From: an uncultured Nitrospiraceae bacterium
Lineage (GTDB): Bacteria > Nitrospirota > Thermodesulfovibrionia > Thermodesulfovibrionales > Dissulfurispiraceae
Assembly (NCBI GenBank): GCA_963727805.1
Contig: CAVSHF010000003.1
Location: 512,001 to 576,000 of the forward strand
Reading direction: 5' to 3'
Length of the DNA stretch: 64,000 nt
In this document: piece after piece, positions 31,052 to 42,961 of the stretch
How the letters are laid out: every line of letters begins with the position of its first letter
Numbering within the stretch: the stretch's first letter is position 1
Program-made: the position numbers and the translations under genes
Notes under the pieces: generated by a model
What the model saw: only the letters and a program-made list of their open reading frames with translations
What the model was told of the DNA's origin: nothing
The model's database searches: none

Positions 31052-31882
31052 ATGGCAGCGGGAAAACTGTATATTGTCGCCACTCCTGTCGGTAATCTTG
31101 AAGATATAACGCTAAGGGCCCTCAGAATATTGAAAGAGGTAGACCTTATTGCAGCTGAAGACACGCGGCATTCACTGAAGCTGCTTAATCATTACGGTAT
31201 AGCGAAACCGCTTATCAGTTACTGGTCGGAAAAAGAGAAGATGAAGGCGGGGGAAATCCTCGGGAAATTGCACACGGGACTCTCCGTGGCCCTTATTTCA
31301 GATGCTGGCACGCCGGGAATCTCGGACCCCGGCTCCGTTCTGATCAAAAGGGCTGTCGAAGAAAAGATCGATATTATACCGATTCCTGGACCATCAGCAT
31401 TTATCTCCGCTCTTTCGGTCGCGGGACTTCCCACAGAAGAATTTACCTTTTTGGGCTTCCTTCCTTCAAAGGGCGGACAGCGTCTAAAACGCCTAACTGA
31501 ATTGAAACACGAGACGAGAACACTCATCTTTTATGAAGCGCCTCACCGCCTCATGAAGGTATTATCCGATATGATTGAAATTTTTGGTGAAAGAAGAGCG
31601 GCCCTTGCAAAGGAGATTACCAAGTTTCACGAAGAAGTCCTAAGGGGGACCATTCCCGAAATTATCCAGGCACTCGAAACCCGGATGATCGCCGGCGAGT
31701 ACGTGATCATCGTTGAGGGGTTTCATAAGGAGAGATTGACTATCGAAGAGGCATTATCCGAAGTAAACTCATTGATGAAAAAAGGCCTGGGAAGAAAAGA
31801 GGCGGTGAAGACTGTTTCTGAGGGTTATGGAATCAGCAAAAAAGAACTTTACGACAAAAGCCTTTCTCTCAATACCACATAA
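31052..31882 (+). CDS. rsmI: 16S rRNA C1402 2'-O-methyltransferase
   Basis: ATPVGNLEDIT, AEDTR, SDAGTPGISDPG, YEAPHR. Confidence 0.96.
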   Translation: MAAGKLYIVATPVGNLEDITLRALRILKEVDLIAAEDTRHSLKLLNHYGIAKPLISYWSEKEKMKAGEILGKLHTGLSVALISDAGTPGISDPGSVLIKRAVEEKIDIIPIPGPSAFISALSVAGLPTEEFTFLGFLPSKGGQRLKRLTELKHETRTLIFYEAPHRLMKVLSDMIEIFGERRAALAKEITKFHEEVLRGTIPEIIQALETRMIAGEYVIIVEGFHKERLTIEEALSEVNSLMKKGLGRKEAVKTVSEGYGISKKELYDKSLSLNTT

Positions 31883-34082
31883 TTTTCTCGAAATCAGGCG
31901 ATGGTACGGTTACGATAATATGGCCCCTCCAAGGATAGCGCTCCATGCTTTTTTCGGTCAAGGAGGCGACTTCCGCGTCTGGTATTAATGTTCCGCCATT
32001 TTTCACAACTTCGAGCGCGAAATGCACTTCATCGCTTTCCTTAGCCCCTATGACCGAAAAAGGAATTTCGATTTCAAAAATATCAGCTGCCGCCGTTTCC
32101 AGACGTGTATCCCCTTCCACCCATACGCCATTTCTGAATACATAAAGCACTGTCTCATTCGCAATGGGATTGAACACTATTTTAATAAAAGAGGGATGGA
32201 AGATATCTATGTGAAGCGAGATCTCTTCCTCGAAACGATTCAGAGGAATGACTGGATCGACCCTGATAAAAAGGCTGTCCTTGTTAAATCCGTAATAAAG
32301 ATCCACTATGCAGCTTTCGGATTTATGCATGCTGCCGCCGCCCCTTTGGATCTGGATATGTGCACTATTGTACCATTCAAAATAGCTTGTCACTATCCCA
32401 TCGATTCTCGGATAAATGAATCCTCTCACCTCGGAATCGGGGACAATTTTTCTATCTTCCAGCAAGATTGGGACATACAAGTTGGGAGGCACTGTGCCGC
32501 CGATGACTTCATAGACCTTCATGAGGTAGTTTCGAAAGAGTTCATCAAATTCTTCCTGGCTTTCAGTGGTATGCTCATCTCCGTACCACCAGTTCCAGTC
32601 GCTCCCCTCAGCGGCGTACAGCGCCTTCCATGCTTCAGAGAGGTCTGTTTCAGGGTGGTTTTTTGCGTAAGCGTCAAGGTCATCCCTTGCAAGTGAAAGA
32701 TAATCCCATGCAAGATTATCTTCTTCATGTCCTATCCAGACATGAAAGTCGGAATTGATCCATGATCCCGCGTGGAGTTTTTTCAGTGGCACGCCCGGCC
32801 CGTGTTCTTCGATGTATTCCGACATCGTAACGGTTTTAAATCTCCTATCGTTGCTGAGAGCAGTATAAAGTGTTTTGAGAAAGTCCTGTCCATCATTTTG
32901 ATAATATTCCCAGGCATTTTCTCCATCGAGGATTACGGGAACAATATAAGGCTCATTCTTCGGCAGAGAACCCCGTATTTGCGATAGTCTGGAGATAAAA
33001 TCATCGACGGCTTTTTCAGCGCTCCATGACGCATAGACAAAACCGATCTGGTCAGAGAGACGATGGTCCCTGAAAAAAAGTGACAAGTTGGCATACCGAT
33101 ACGGCCTGTAAAGTGAGTCAGGATCAATAACAGTTCCCTCATTGTTCCTAAGAGGTCTTTCGAGCGAACGGCCAAGGACTTCCTCGTCAGTTGCAATCCA
33201 TTTGATTCTTTCCTTGCTGATTGCATCGGCAACTTCTTCGCTCACCGATCCCTCGGACGGCCACATACCGTTTGGCTTGAAACCAAAAGTCTTTTCAAAA
33301 AAGGCGATACCCATCCTTATCTGACTGATTGCATCTTCAGGATGAGAAAATCTTTTTTTGGGGAGCTTGACTCGGGGCATCGCTATCCTGGCCGAGTCGG
33401 TGTCCCACAGCAAAGGGAGAATCGGGTGATAAAAGGGACTTACTGAAATCTCGATCTGGCCTGAAGAGCTGAGCTTCCTGTATTCGGGGATAATCTGCTT
33501 CAGGATATCGAATTGTTTGCTTATGAGAATTCCTTTTTCTTCTTCGGTATAATCCCGCTCTTTATTAACAAGCGCTTTCAGAAAGGGATCGCTTTCCCTG
33601 AACATTGGATCGATCCAACTCAAATTGAAAAGCACCTGAAGGTCTCTTATGTCATGATCAGTAAAGTAGCGGATAGTCCGCCCGATATCGTCCTTGGAAT
33701 ACCGAAGCCCTCTTTTTACCAGGAGTTCGTAATAACGTGGGTAAGGTTTTACCATGGTATCCCAGTTTGCGAGGAAGAAATATTCGACGATGAATATCCT
33801 TTCCTCGACCGTTAGACTCCCCGGATGCTTGAGCGTTAATTCGAGGTGTCGGTCCATTGCTTTATTCTCGATATAGTCATTCAACTGTTCAAGGAGCGAA
33901 GGGACAACGTTGAAAGTCTGTTTGATATGGGGAAATTCTTCAAGTATTTTCAATGTATCAAGGTAGTCTTTGACGCCATGCAACCGCACCCATGGCAAGG
34001 TATAAATGCCGCTGAAGGGGTTTTTGTAATAGGGCTGATGCATGTGCCACAGGAAGGCGATATTTAAAGGGGTATCGGCCAT
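31869..34082 (-). CDS. GH57 glycoside hydrolase (amylopullulanase-like)
   Basis: WHMHQP, HPILPL, WPSEG, LDGENAWE, AEGSDWNWW. Confidence 0.92.
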   Translation of the reverse strand: MADTPLNIAFLWHMHQPYYKNPFSGIYTLPWVRLHGVKDYLDTLKILEEFPHIKQTFNVVPSLLEQLNDYIENKAMDRHLELTLKHPGSLTVEERIFIVEYFFLANWDTMVKPYPRYYELLVKRGLRYSKDDIGRTIRYFTDHDIRDLQVLFNLSWIDPMFRESDPFLKALVNKERDYTEEEKGILISKQFDILKQIIPEYRKLSSSGQIEISVSPFYHPILPLLWDTDSARIAMPRVKLPKKRFSHPEDAISQIRMGIAFFEKTFGFKPNGMWPSEGSVSEEVADAISKERIKWIATDEEVLGRSLERPLRNNEGTVIDPDSLYRPYRYANLSLFFRDHRLSDQIGFVYASWSAEKAVDDFISRLSQIRGSLPKNEPYIVPVILDGENAWEYYQNDGQDFLKTLYTALSNDRRFKTVTMSEYIEEHGPGVPLKKLHAGSWINSDFHVWIGHEEDNLAWDYLSLARDDLDAYAKNHPETDLSEAWKALYAAEGSDWNWWYGDEHTTESQEEFDELFRNYLMKVYEVIGGTVPPNLYVPILLEDRKIVPDSEVRGFIYPRIDGIVTSYFEWYNSAHIQIQRGGGSMHKSESCIVDLYYGFNKDSLFIRVDPVIPLNRFEEEISLHIDIFHPSFIKIVFNPIANETVLYVFRNGVWVEGDTRLETAAADIFEIEIPFSVIGAKESDEVHFALEVVKNGGTLIPDAEVASLTEKSMERYPWRGHIIVTVPSPDFEKIMWY

Positions 34083-34095
34083 TTAATTGAACTGC

Positions 34096-35750
<1,655 letters not shown>

Positions 35751-35759
35751 TTAAAAGAA

Positions 35760-37145
35760 TTATTGATTCATGGCGTGAATCGCCATCCCATGTACATCTT
35801 CAGCCGCTTCCATAAGACCTTCTGAAAGAGTCGGATGGGCATGAATCATCTCTCCGACCTCTTTCACCGTCATCCCAGACTTAATCGCCAGTGCCCCCTC
35901 ATGTACAAGGTCAGAAGCATGGGGCCCGATGATATGAACTCCAAGGACCTTATCCGTATCCTCTTCGGCAATAACTTTAAACATACCAGCAATTTCCCCC
36001 ATTGCATGGGCCTTGCCGAGTGTCCTGAACTGGAAACGGCCGGTCTTAATCTTTAAACCCCGTGCCAGCGCTTGATGTTCACGCAATCCGACAGAACCAA
36101 TTTCGGGAGAGGTAAATATCGCTGCTGGAATGACCGAATAATCCATCGATATTTTGACCCCGCAGGCATTGGAAGCAGCAACAATGCCCTCTTTCGAGGC
36201 CACATGGGCCAGTAGCATTCCCCCTACTACATCACCTATTGCATAAACTCCTTTTACATTCGTCTCCATTTTATCATCGACCCGGATTTCACCACGTTCT
36301 CCTTTTTGTATGTCCAAGGCTTCAAGACCGATATTCTCAGTATTGTAATGCCTTCCTATCGAAACAAGGAGTTTCTCAGCTGTGAGTTTCTTGCCCCCTT
36401 CGAGAGAAACATGCACTCCGTCAGTCAGCCTTTCGACCTTTTCCACCTTGACGCCAGTCATAAGTTTGATTTTCTTTTTTTTCAGTTCTCTTTCGAGCAC
36501 ATCTGAGATCTCATGGTCCTCAGTCGACACCGCCCTGCTTAGTATTTCGAGCATGGAGATCTCGACCCCGAATTCTGCAAATATACATGCGAATTCGCAA
36601 CCTATGACCCCTGCCCCGATTATAATCAAACTTTTAGGCAGTACTCCTAAATTCAGTGCGTCGTTACTCGACAGAATGGCTTCGCCATCAAAGGCGAATG
36701 CCGGAATCCGGGCAGGTCTCGATCCTGTAGCTATGATTATTTTATCGGTCTCGACAACCTCATTTGTTCCATCTCTTTTTTCGATCTCCACCCTGCCGGG
36801 AGCAAGAAGCCTTCCACGACCCTCCACAAGGCTGATGTCCCGGTACTTAAAAAGCGAGCGAATTCCTTTTGCCTGAGTGGAAACAACTTTGTTTTTTCGG
36901 TCCATGATTTTCGCCAGGTCGGGCCTGAGATCTCCGCTGCATTCAATGCCGTATTCTGCTAGTTTTCTGGCTTTTCGCAGGGCTTCTGCCGAGGCGCTCA
37001 ATGTCTTTGTTGGGATGCATCCCCAATTGAGACAGGTGCCGCCAACCTCATTACTTTCGACAATCGTTACATGAGCACCGAGTTGAGCGGCCTTGATTGC
37101 AGCTACATAGCCTCCAGGGCCGGAACCGATTATCAAAAGCTTCAC
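35760..37145 (-). CDS. lpdA: Dihydrolipoamide dehydrogenase
   Basis: GGTCLNWGCIP, GAGVIG, HAHPTLSE. Confidence 0.96.
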   Translation of the reverse strand: MKLLIIGSGPGGYVAAIKAAQLGAHVTIVESNEVGGTCLNWGCIPTKTLSASAEALRKARKLAEYGIECSGDLRPDLAKIMDRKNKVVSTQAKGIRSLFKYRDISLVEGRGRLLAPGRVEIEKRDGTNEVVETDKIIIATGSRPARIPAFAFDGEAILSSNDALNLGVLPKSLIIIGAGVIGCEFACIFAEFGVEISMLEILSRAVSTEDHEISDVLERELKKKKIKLMTGVKVEKVERLTDGVHVSLEGGKKLTAEKLLVSIGRHYNTENIGLEALDIQKGERGEIRVDDKMETNVKGVYAIGDVVGGMLLAHVASKEGIVAASNACGVKISMDYSVIPAAIFTSPEIGSVGLREHQALARGLKIKTGRFQFRTLGKAHAMGEIAGMFKVIAEEDTDKVLGVHIIGPHASDLVHEGALAIKSGMTVKEVGEMIHAHPTLSEGLMEAAEDVHGMAIHAMNQ

Positions 37146-37528
37146 TTAGTCTCCTCTTCCACATATGCGTCATACTCTTCGGCGTCCATGAGGTCATCGA
37201 GCTCAGTCGGGTTATCCATCTTGATTACCGCTATCCACCCTTTCTCGTAAGGGTCTTCATTTATAATCTCAGGCGAATCCGCGAGCTTCTCGTTGATCTC
37301 AATCACTAGGCCGCTTACCGGCGCGATCACTGTTGATGTTGCTTTAGTCGATTCGATCTCGGTCAACTCCGAATTTGCGGTGACCTCGATATCGGTCTCT
37401 GGCAGCTCGATATATACGATATCGCCGAGAGATTGCTGCGCATAATCGGTAATCCCGATCGTCGCTTTCTTGCCAGAAACTCTGGCCCACGTGTGTTCCT
37501 TATGAAATTTAATGTCCTCGGGGTTCAT
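37142..37528 (-). CDS. gcvH: Glycine cleavage H-like lipoyl carrier
   Basis: GITDYAQQSLGDIV, lipoyl-Lys in ESTKA, PYEKGWI. Confidence 0.93.
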   Translation of the reverse strand: MNPEDIKFHKEHTWARVSGKKATIGITDYAQQSLGDIVYIELPETDIEVTANSELTEIESTKATSTVIAPVSGLVIEINEKLADSPEIINEDPYEKGWIAVIKMDNPTELDDLMDAEEYDAYVEEETK

Positions 37529-37566
37529 GCATACCTCCTGTTCTCGATGATTAGGTTAATTGGATT

Positions 37567-37595
37567 TTCTTACCATAGTTTTTACCCTTTGTCAA
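37567..37595 (-). promoter_or_regulatory. Sigma-70-type promoter for gcvH-lpdA-eno
   Basis: Minus strand TTGACA-N17-TAAGAA with TG extension. Confidence 0.5.
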
Positions 37596-37744
37596 GAAAA
37601 GACCCCTAAAGGACCCCACAATGACCCGACTAGTACTTGTCCTTCTTTACAATATATTAATGAAAAGAACAAATAAAATCTAATCATGTCTTCCTGCGTG
37701 GGACCTGGCACCCGAGAGGTGAGGCTGTGGTATCATAAAAGACC

Positions 37745-38620
37745 ATGAATACCTTGACGGAGAAGACTTTTCTCTATTTGCGGATGATAAAGATAGCTCA
37801 TTCCGTCTTTGCCCTTCCCTTCGCCTTCACCGCAGCCATACTCGCAGCTTCCGGGATTCCGTCTCTCTCCCAGATTTTCTGGATCGTGGCAGCTATGGTC
37901 GGTGCCCGTTCGGGCGCCATGGGCCTAAACCGAATCATCGACAGGAAAATCGACGCGATGAATCCAAGGACCATTAAACGTGAAATACCAGCTGGCAAAA
38001 TTCAGGTTAAGGACGCCATGATTTTTACAGCAATTTCCCTTGGCGTGTTGGCCTTCGCCGCGTACGAGTTGAATCCTCTTTGTTTCATGCTCTCGCCGCT
38101 CGCAATCTGTATCCTCATATTATATTCCTACACAAAAAGATTTACTTGGGCGTCCCATTTCGTTCTCGGCATAGCCATATCGGGCGCCCCTTTAGGGGCA
38201 TGGATCGCGATCAGAGGCACACTCGATCCGGAAATTATTCCTCTCTCCTTCGCTGTTATATTCTGGCTTGCAGGCTTTGACATTCTTTATGCCCTTCAGG
38301 ATATCGACTTTGACCGGCAGCAGGGTTTGTATTCGATCCCTCGACGATTCGGCATCAAGAGATCCCTTCTTTTCTCGCGGATTTTTCATGGAGTTACGTT
38401 TGGTCTATTTATTTATACGGGGATTCTTTTTCACTTGAACTTTTTTTACTTCGTAGGCTTGATTATTGTAGGGGTGTTGTTAGGATATGAGCATTCCCTC
38501 GTAAAACCGAATGATTTGAGCAAACTCAATATGGCTTTTTTTAATATGAATGGGTATATAAGCATCACTATTTTTGTCTTCACATGCCTGTCGCTTATGT
38601 TTACTAACTTGAGTAAATAA
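37745..38620 (+). CDS. UbiA-family polyprenyltransferase (MqnP-like)
   Basis: [39 protein letters not shown]. Confidence 0.88.
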   Translation: MNTLTEKTFLYLRMIKIAHSVFALPFAFTAAILAASGIPSLSQIFWIVAAMVGARSGAMGLNRIIDRKIDAMNPRTIKREIPAGKIQVKDAMIFTAISLGVLAFAAYELNPLCFMLSPLAICILILYSYTKRFTWASHFVLGIAISGAPLGAWIAIRGTLDPEIIPLSFAVIFWLAGFDILYALQDIDFDRQQGLYSIPRRFGIKRSLLFSRIFHGVTFGLFIYTGILFHLNFFYFVGLIIVGVLLGYEHSLVKPNDLSKLNMAFFNMNGYISITIFVFTCLSLMFTNLSK

Positions 38621-38648
38621 ATTCACTTTTATGGTCAAAGGAGAGACA

Positions 38649-39416
38649 ATGGATACCATTAAGATCGGACTTATAGGGGGGTCCGGTATGGACGACCCCC
38701 GCCTTATGAAGAATATAACGGAAAAAGTCATAAAGACTCCTTACGGTAAGCCTTCTTCACCTCTTATTGCCGGAAAGATTGATGGTATTGATATGGTCAT
38801 CCTTGCGCGTCATGGGAAAGACCATTCCATATTTCCGACGGCTGTCAACTTCAGAGCCAACTTATACGCTTTAAAAAAAGAGGGTTGTACCCATATTCTC
38901 GCAACCACTGCGGTAGGCTCTCTTAGAGAGAAGATAAAACCGGGTGATCTGGTTTTTACAGACCAGTTCATAGATTTTACAAAACACAGGCCCCTGACGT
39001 TCCACGAAAAAAAGGTTGTTCATACACCGATGAGCGAACCTTTCTGCCCAAGCCTCAGGTCTTTACTGGCAGATACTGCAAAGGAATTGAAGCTCAGACA
39101 TCACAAAAAAGGGACTGTGGTTACGATTGAAGGGCCACGGTTTTCCACAAAAGCCGAGTCCCATATGTTCAGAATGCTGGGTGCGGACGTGATCAATATG
39201 TCGACCGTCCCTGAAGTGATACTTGCAAGAGAACTCGGCATCTGCTATCAGTCTATCGCGATGTCTACTGATTACGACTGCTGGAAGGAAGGCGAAGAAT
39301 CGGTCACATGGGATATGATTCTTTCCATAATGAATAAAAACGCAGACAATGTCAAAAGGCTGGTTCTAAAGACCATTTCAAAAATCGACAACACAGAATG
39401 CACTTGCAAGGGCTAG
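38649..39416 (+). CDS. mtnP: 5'-methylthioadenosine phosphorylase
   Basis: [35 protein letters not shown]. Confidence 0.93.
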   Translation: MDTIKIGLIGGSGMDDPRLMKNITEKVIKTPYGKPSSPLIAGKIDGIDMVILARHGKDHSIFPTAVNFRANLYALKKEGCTHILATTAVGSLREKIKPGDLVFTDQFIDFTKHRPLTFHEKKVVHTPMSEPFCPSLRSLLADTAKELKLRHHKKGTVVTIEGPRFSTKAESHMFRMLGADVINMSTVPEVILARELGICYQSIAMSTDYDCWKEGEESVTWDMILSIMNKNADNVKRLVLKTISKIDNTECTCKG

Positions 39417-39426
39417 GAGGAATTCA

Positions 39427-39960
39427 ATGCCGATAAAATCGAAGATCAGGACCGTTCCGGACCATCCCAAAAAAGGCATCATGTTCAGGGATATTACAAC
39501 GCTAATAAAAGACCCTGTTGGCTTCAGGCTTGTTATTGATGCCTTCACCCAACGATATTTAAAAGGCGACATCGATTTCGATGTCATCGTAGGGATAGAG
39601 TCCAGGGGTTTTATCATTGGCGGCGCACTTGCTTACACCCTGGGAAAAGGCTTTATCCCCATTAGGAAAAAAGGGAAACTGCCTGCAGAAACTATACGCC
39701 ACGAATACGAACTTGAATACGGGACAGATACAATCGAGATTCACAAGGACTCCCTAACCACGGGTACGAAGGTACTTCTTGTTGACGACCTTCTTGCAAC
39801 AGGAGGCACTGCCCTCGCATCGGCCACCTTGATAGAGAAGCTTGGAGGCAAAGTTGTAGAAATGGCGTTCATCATTGATCTGCCCGATGTAGGCGGTTCG
39901 AAGAAACTTGCAAAAAAAGGATATAAAATATTTCATCTGACCGAATTTGAGGGGGATTAG
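39427..39960 (+). CDS. apt: Adenine phosphoribosyltransferase
   Basis: GIMFRDIT, ESRGF, LEYG, VDDLLATGGT. Confidence 0.97.
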   Translation: MPIKSKIRTVPDHPKKGIMFRDITTLIKDPVGFRLVIDAFTQRYLKGDIDFDVIVGIESRGFIIGGALAYTLGKGFIPIRKKGKLPAETIRHEYELEYGTDTIEIHKDSLTTGTKVLLVDDLLATGGTALASATLIEKLGGKVVEMAFIIDLPDVGGSKKLAKKGYKIFHLTEFEGD

Positions 39961-39975
39961 GCCGGGTCGGTCATT

Positions 39976-41304
39976 ATGGAGAAAGTCGACTTCATCATCT
40001 GTGGTGATTATGTTCTCACCATGAACGAAGAACTGGAGATGATCAAAAAAGGCGCGGTTGCCGTGAAGGGATCTGTCATCATTGATGCGGGGAGTGCTGA
40101 TTTTATCTTAAGAAGCTACACTTCTGAAAAAGTCATTGAAGGCAAAGACAAGGCAGTGCTTCCAGGGCTTATCAATACTCACTGTCACGCCCCGATGGTT
40201 TTTTTCAGAGGTCTGGCTGATGACCTCCCTCTCAGAGAGTGGCTCGAAAAACATATATGGCCCGCCGAAAACAGATGGCTCAGTCCTGAATTTGTTTATG
40301 ATGCTACAGAACTAGCCTGTTTGGAAATGCTCAAGATGGGCGTTACCATATACAACGACATGTATTTTTTCGGAGACAGTGCTGCAGCAGCGTCACGGGC
40401 ACTCGGGATAAGAGCGGTCCTTGGAGCGGGCATAATAGACTTCCCTACAGTAGCCGGAAAGACAGCGGCGGAATATCTTGGTAACGCTGAAAGGTTCATA
40501 GGGAAATGGAAGGGAGACAGCCTCATTCTCACGAGTATTGCGCCGCATGCAGCGCATACATGCAGCCCTGACACTCTTAGGAAATCCAAGGCACTGGCTG
40601 ACCATCTCGATGTGCCTTTGCATATGCACCTCTCGGAAACCCAGTGGGAAGTGGATGATATAGTATCTCGGTATGGCAAAAAACCTGTTGAACATCTCGA
40701 AGCCCTCGGCCTCCTTGATGAGCGGCTTATTGCGGCACATTGCGTTCATGTGGATGATGCGGAGATTAATATTCTTGCTAAGAGGAAGGTTGGCGTATCG
40801 CACTGCATAGAAAGCAACTTGAAGCTTGCTTCGGGAATTGCCCCTGTGCCAAGAATGCTGAGAGCTGGAGTACGAGTGACTTTCGGTACTGATGGCGCGG
40901 CGAGCAACAATGACCTGAATATATTGAGTGAGATGTCGACCGCTGCAAAACTCCACAAGGCAATTGCGAAAGACCCCACCGTGCTCGATTCAAAGACTGC
41001 GCTCCTTATGGCGACTAGATGGGGAGCGGAGGCTTTAGGTCTCGGCAACAAAATCGGGAGCATCGAAAAAGGCAAAGCTGCGGATGTTATCGTCATCAAT
41101 CTGAAACGTCCTCATTTGACCCCCCTCTATGATATTTATTCTCACATAGTCTATTCGGCGATGGCATCGGACGTCGAAACGGTAGTGATTGATGGACAAC
41201 CTTTAATTCGGAACGGTAGTCATGTGAGTGGAAGGGAAGAAGCCATTTTGCAGAAAGCCCTCGAGTGGCAGACGAGGATAGCCGTTTCCAATTCACATCA
41301 CTGA
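39976..41304 (+). CDS. MTA/SAH deaminase-like amidohydrolase (MtaD family)
   Basis: NTHCH, MHLSET, AHCVH, SNLKLASG, GTDGAASNN. Confidence 0.85.
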   Translation: MEKVDFIICGDYVLTMNEELEMIKKGAVAVKGSVIIDAGSADFILRSYTSEKVIEGKDKAVLPGLINTHCHAPMVFFRGLADDLPLREWLEKHIWPAENRWLSPEFVYDATELACLEMLKMGVTIYNDMYFFGDSAAAASRALGIRAVLGAGIIDFPTVAGKTAAEYLGNAERFIGKWKGDSLILTSIAPHAAHTCSPDTLRKSKALADHLDVPLHMHLSETQWEVDDIVSRYGKKPVEHLEALGLLDERLIAAHCVHVDDAEINILAKRKVGVSHCIESNLKLASGIAPVPRMLRAGVRVTFGTDGAASNNDLNILSEMSTAAKLHKAIAKDPTVLDSKTALLMATRWGAEALGLGNKIGSIEKGKAADVIVINLKRPHLTPLYDIYSHIVYSAMASDVETVVIDGQPLIRNGSHVSGREEAILQKALEWQTRIAVSNSHH

Positions 41305-41311
41305 AGTCTTG

Positions 41312-41791
41312 TTATTCGATGACCCACAATGCGTTGCAACTTTTCTGCGAATGAAGAATTTTATTGGAAGTACTCCCGTAGATGAATTCCTCCTGTTTGG
41401 ATATGCCCCTGCGTCCAAGGGCAATGGTACTCGCCCCGATCAGGTTCGCCTCGTTGAGTATGACTTGGGCAACGGATGGATATTCGCCGGTTTTCATGCG
41501 TATTTCAACGAACTCCCCATCAACACCTGATTTTATAAGCATCTCCCGGTAGCCTTCCAGTACAAGCTTTGATTTCATTTCATTGTCCTGTATCCACGAA
41601 GCGCGCTCCTCTGCATTAGCAAAGAAGTCGTCCGGCGGGACAGGAACAATATTGATCAGGGTTACCTTAAAGCCCTGGAGCCCACCAAGCATTAGTGCAA
41701 CATATGCGACCGCTCGTTTTGCGTTATCGGATTCGTCTACAGCGACGAGGATGTGTTTGTTGATTATGCAAGCCTGCCATGACTGTTCCAT
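41312..41791 (-). CDS. Universal stress protein
   Basis: ILVAVDES, LGRRG, GSTSNKIL. Confidence 0.9.
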   Translation of the reverse strand: MEQSWQACIINKHILVAVDESDNAKRAVAYVALMLGGLQGFKVTLINIVPVPPDDFFANAEERASWIQDNEMKSKLVLEGYREMLIKSGVDGEFVEIRMKTGEYPSVAQVILNEANLIGASTIALGRRGISKQEEFIYGSTSNKILHSQKSCNALWVIE

Positions 41792-41819
41792 TTCCTATTT
41801 CCTCCTTTTACAACAATGC

Positions 41820-42803
41820 TTACAAAAGTCGATTTCTAACTATCTGCATATCCTGCAGGAATTCTTCAGTATCTTCATAGAAGACGTTGGCCCCTGATGA
41901 AAAATGCAGCAGGATTTGATTGAGGTCATCCGAGATATACGGATATACCTTCCGCAGGTTGACCACCCTGCTGTTGAAAATAATATTCAGGTCTTCCGCA
42001 CCAAGCGCCTGATATGCCTCTGGGTCCTTTTCTTTCAAGTCGCGGGTTATTACATCCCCCCTACCTGCAAGATAGACGATGACATTCCCAAGCCCAAAGA
42101 GATCATATCCAGCCATATTCTCCTTATGGAGATAATTGAAATCGAAATCAATCCATCTGCAAATGCCGGTACTTTTCTCCTTGATGATATGGTCCCGCCT
42201 GATATCACCGTGTTTCTCACCGTTATCGTGAAGGAATTTGATGGCCTTTGTAAGTTCGATAAACTCATCCAGGACTTTGGGGAAATAATTGTAAAAATAA
42301 TCCTCATGGTCCCTACCCAGAAGGAGCACGCTGTCAGCTAGCGTTTTCCCCTGGATATAATCGATAACCCTGACAATGTTGCCGGCAGTGTCAAGTATAG
42401 GAACTCCCTGCATAAAACGCTGATCCCCTTTTACGAGATCGAGAATGCGGCCTTCTTTTTTGGGACTCCTGTAACATTCGAAGGATAACTCGCCGACCTT
42501 TGCGACAAATCGTTCATGAAAAGTGAGTTTTAGGATTTTGATGGAACCGTCGATAAGGTCCACGGCCCTCTTTACCCAGAATTTCTGTTGCTCTTCTATC
42601 CCAAACCTTCCCTCGCGCTCATTATGCCTGATCAGATAGGGCTTTTCACCCAAGACAACGACGTCATCGTACTCAACGCTATAGAAGTCGGAGGTATCGC
42701 TGATTAGTCTGATTTTACTCGGTACCCGCTCGGGACCCACGCGCCGCGCGATCATGTCTTTGAGTTCGCTATCGCTGAACATATTTTTCAGTGAACTTAT
42801 CAT
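41820..42803 (-). CDS. Protein-kinase-like (atypical Ser/Thr kinase fold) protein
   Basis: KILK, E-helix (PKKEGRIL), HGDIRRDH catalytic loop, WIDFD, YDLFGLG. Confidence 0.7.
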   Translation of the reverse strand: MISSLKNMFSDSELKDMIARRVGPERVPSKIRLISDTSDFYSVEYDDVVVLGEKPYLIRHNEREGRFGIEEQQKFWVKRAVDLIDGSIKILKLTFHERFVAKVGELSFECYRSPKKEGRILDLVKGDQRFMQGVPILDTAGNIVRVIDYIQGKTLADSVLLLGRDHEDYFYNYFPKVLDEFIELTKAIKFLHDNGEKHGDIRRDHIIKEKSTGICRWIDFDFNYLHKENMAGYDLFGLGNVIVYLAGRGDVITRDLKEKDPEAYQALGAEDLNIIFNSRVVNLRKVYPYISDDLNQILLHFSSGANVFYEDTEEFLQDMQIVRNRLL

Positions 42804-42961
42804 GCTGACAGAATCCGCGGTTGTTATCGCACTTACTTTTCGAGAGCAACTTCATTATGCGCTGACCCATGTTTATAATATTATCATTTCTTTGGTTTTC
42901 ATCCTATTCCACTATTCTGTTAAAATAATACTGGGTAACAGAGCCAACAGAGGAGGAACTC

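Noticed and set aside
37690..37730. Glycine riboswitch-like fragment upstream of gcvH
   Set aside because: Only a partial CTCTCGGGT match, and it lies upstream of the likely promoter.
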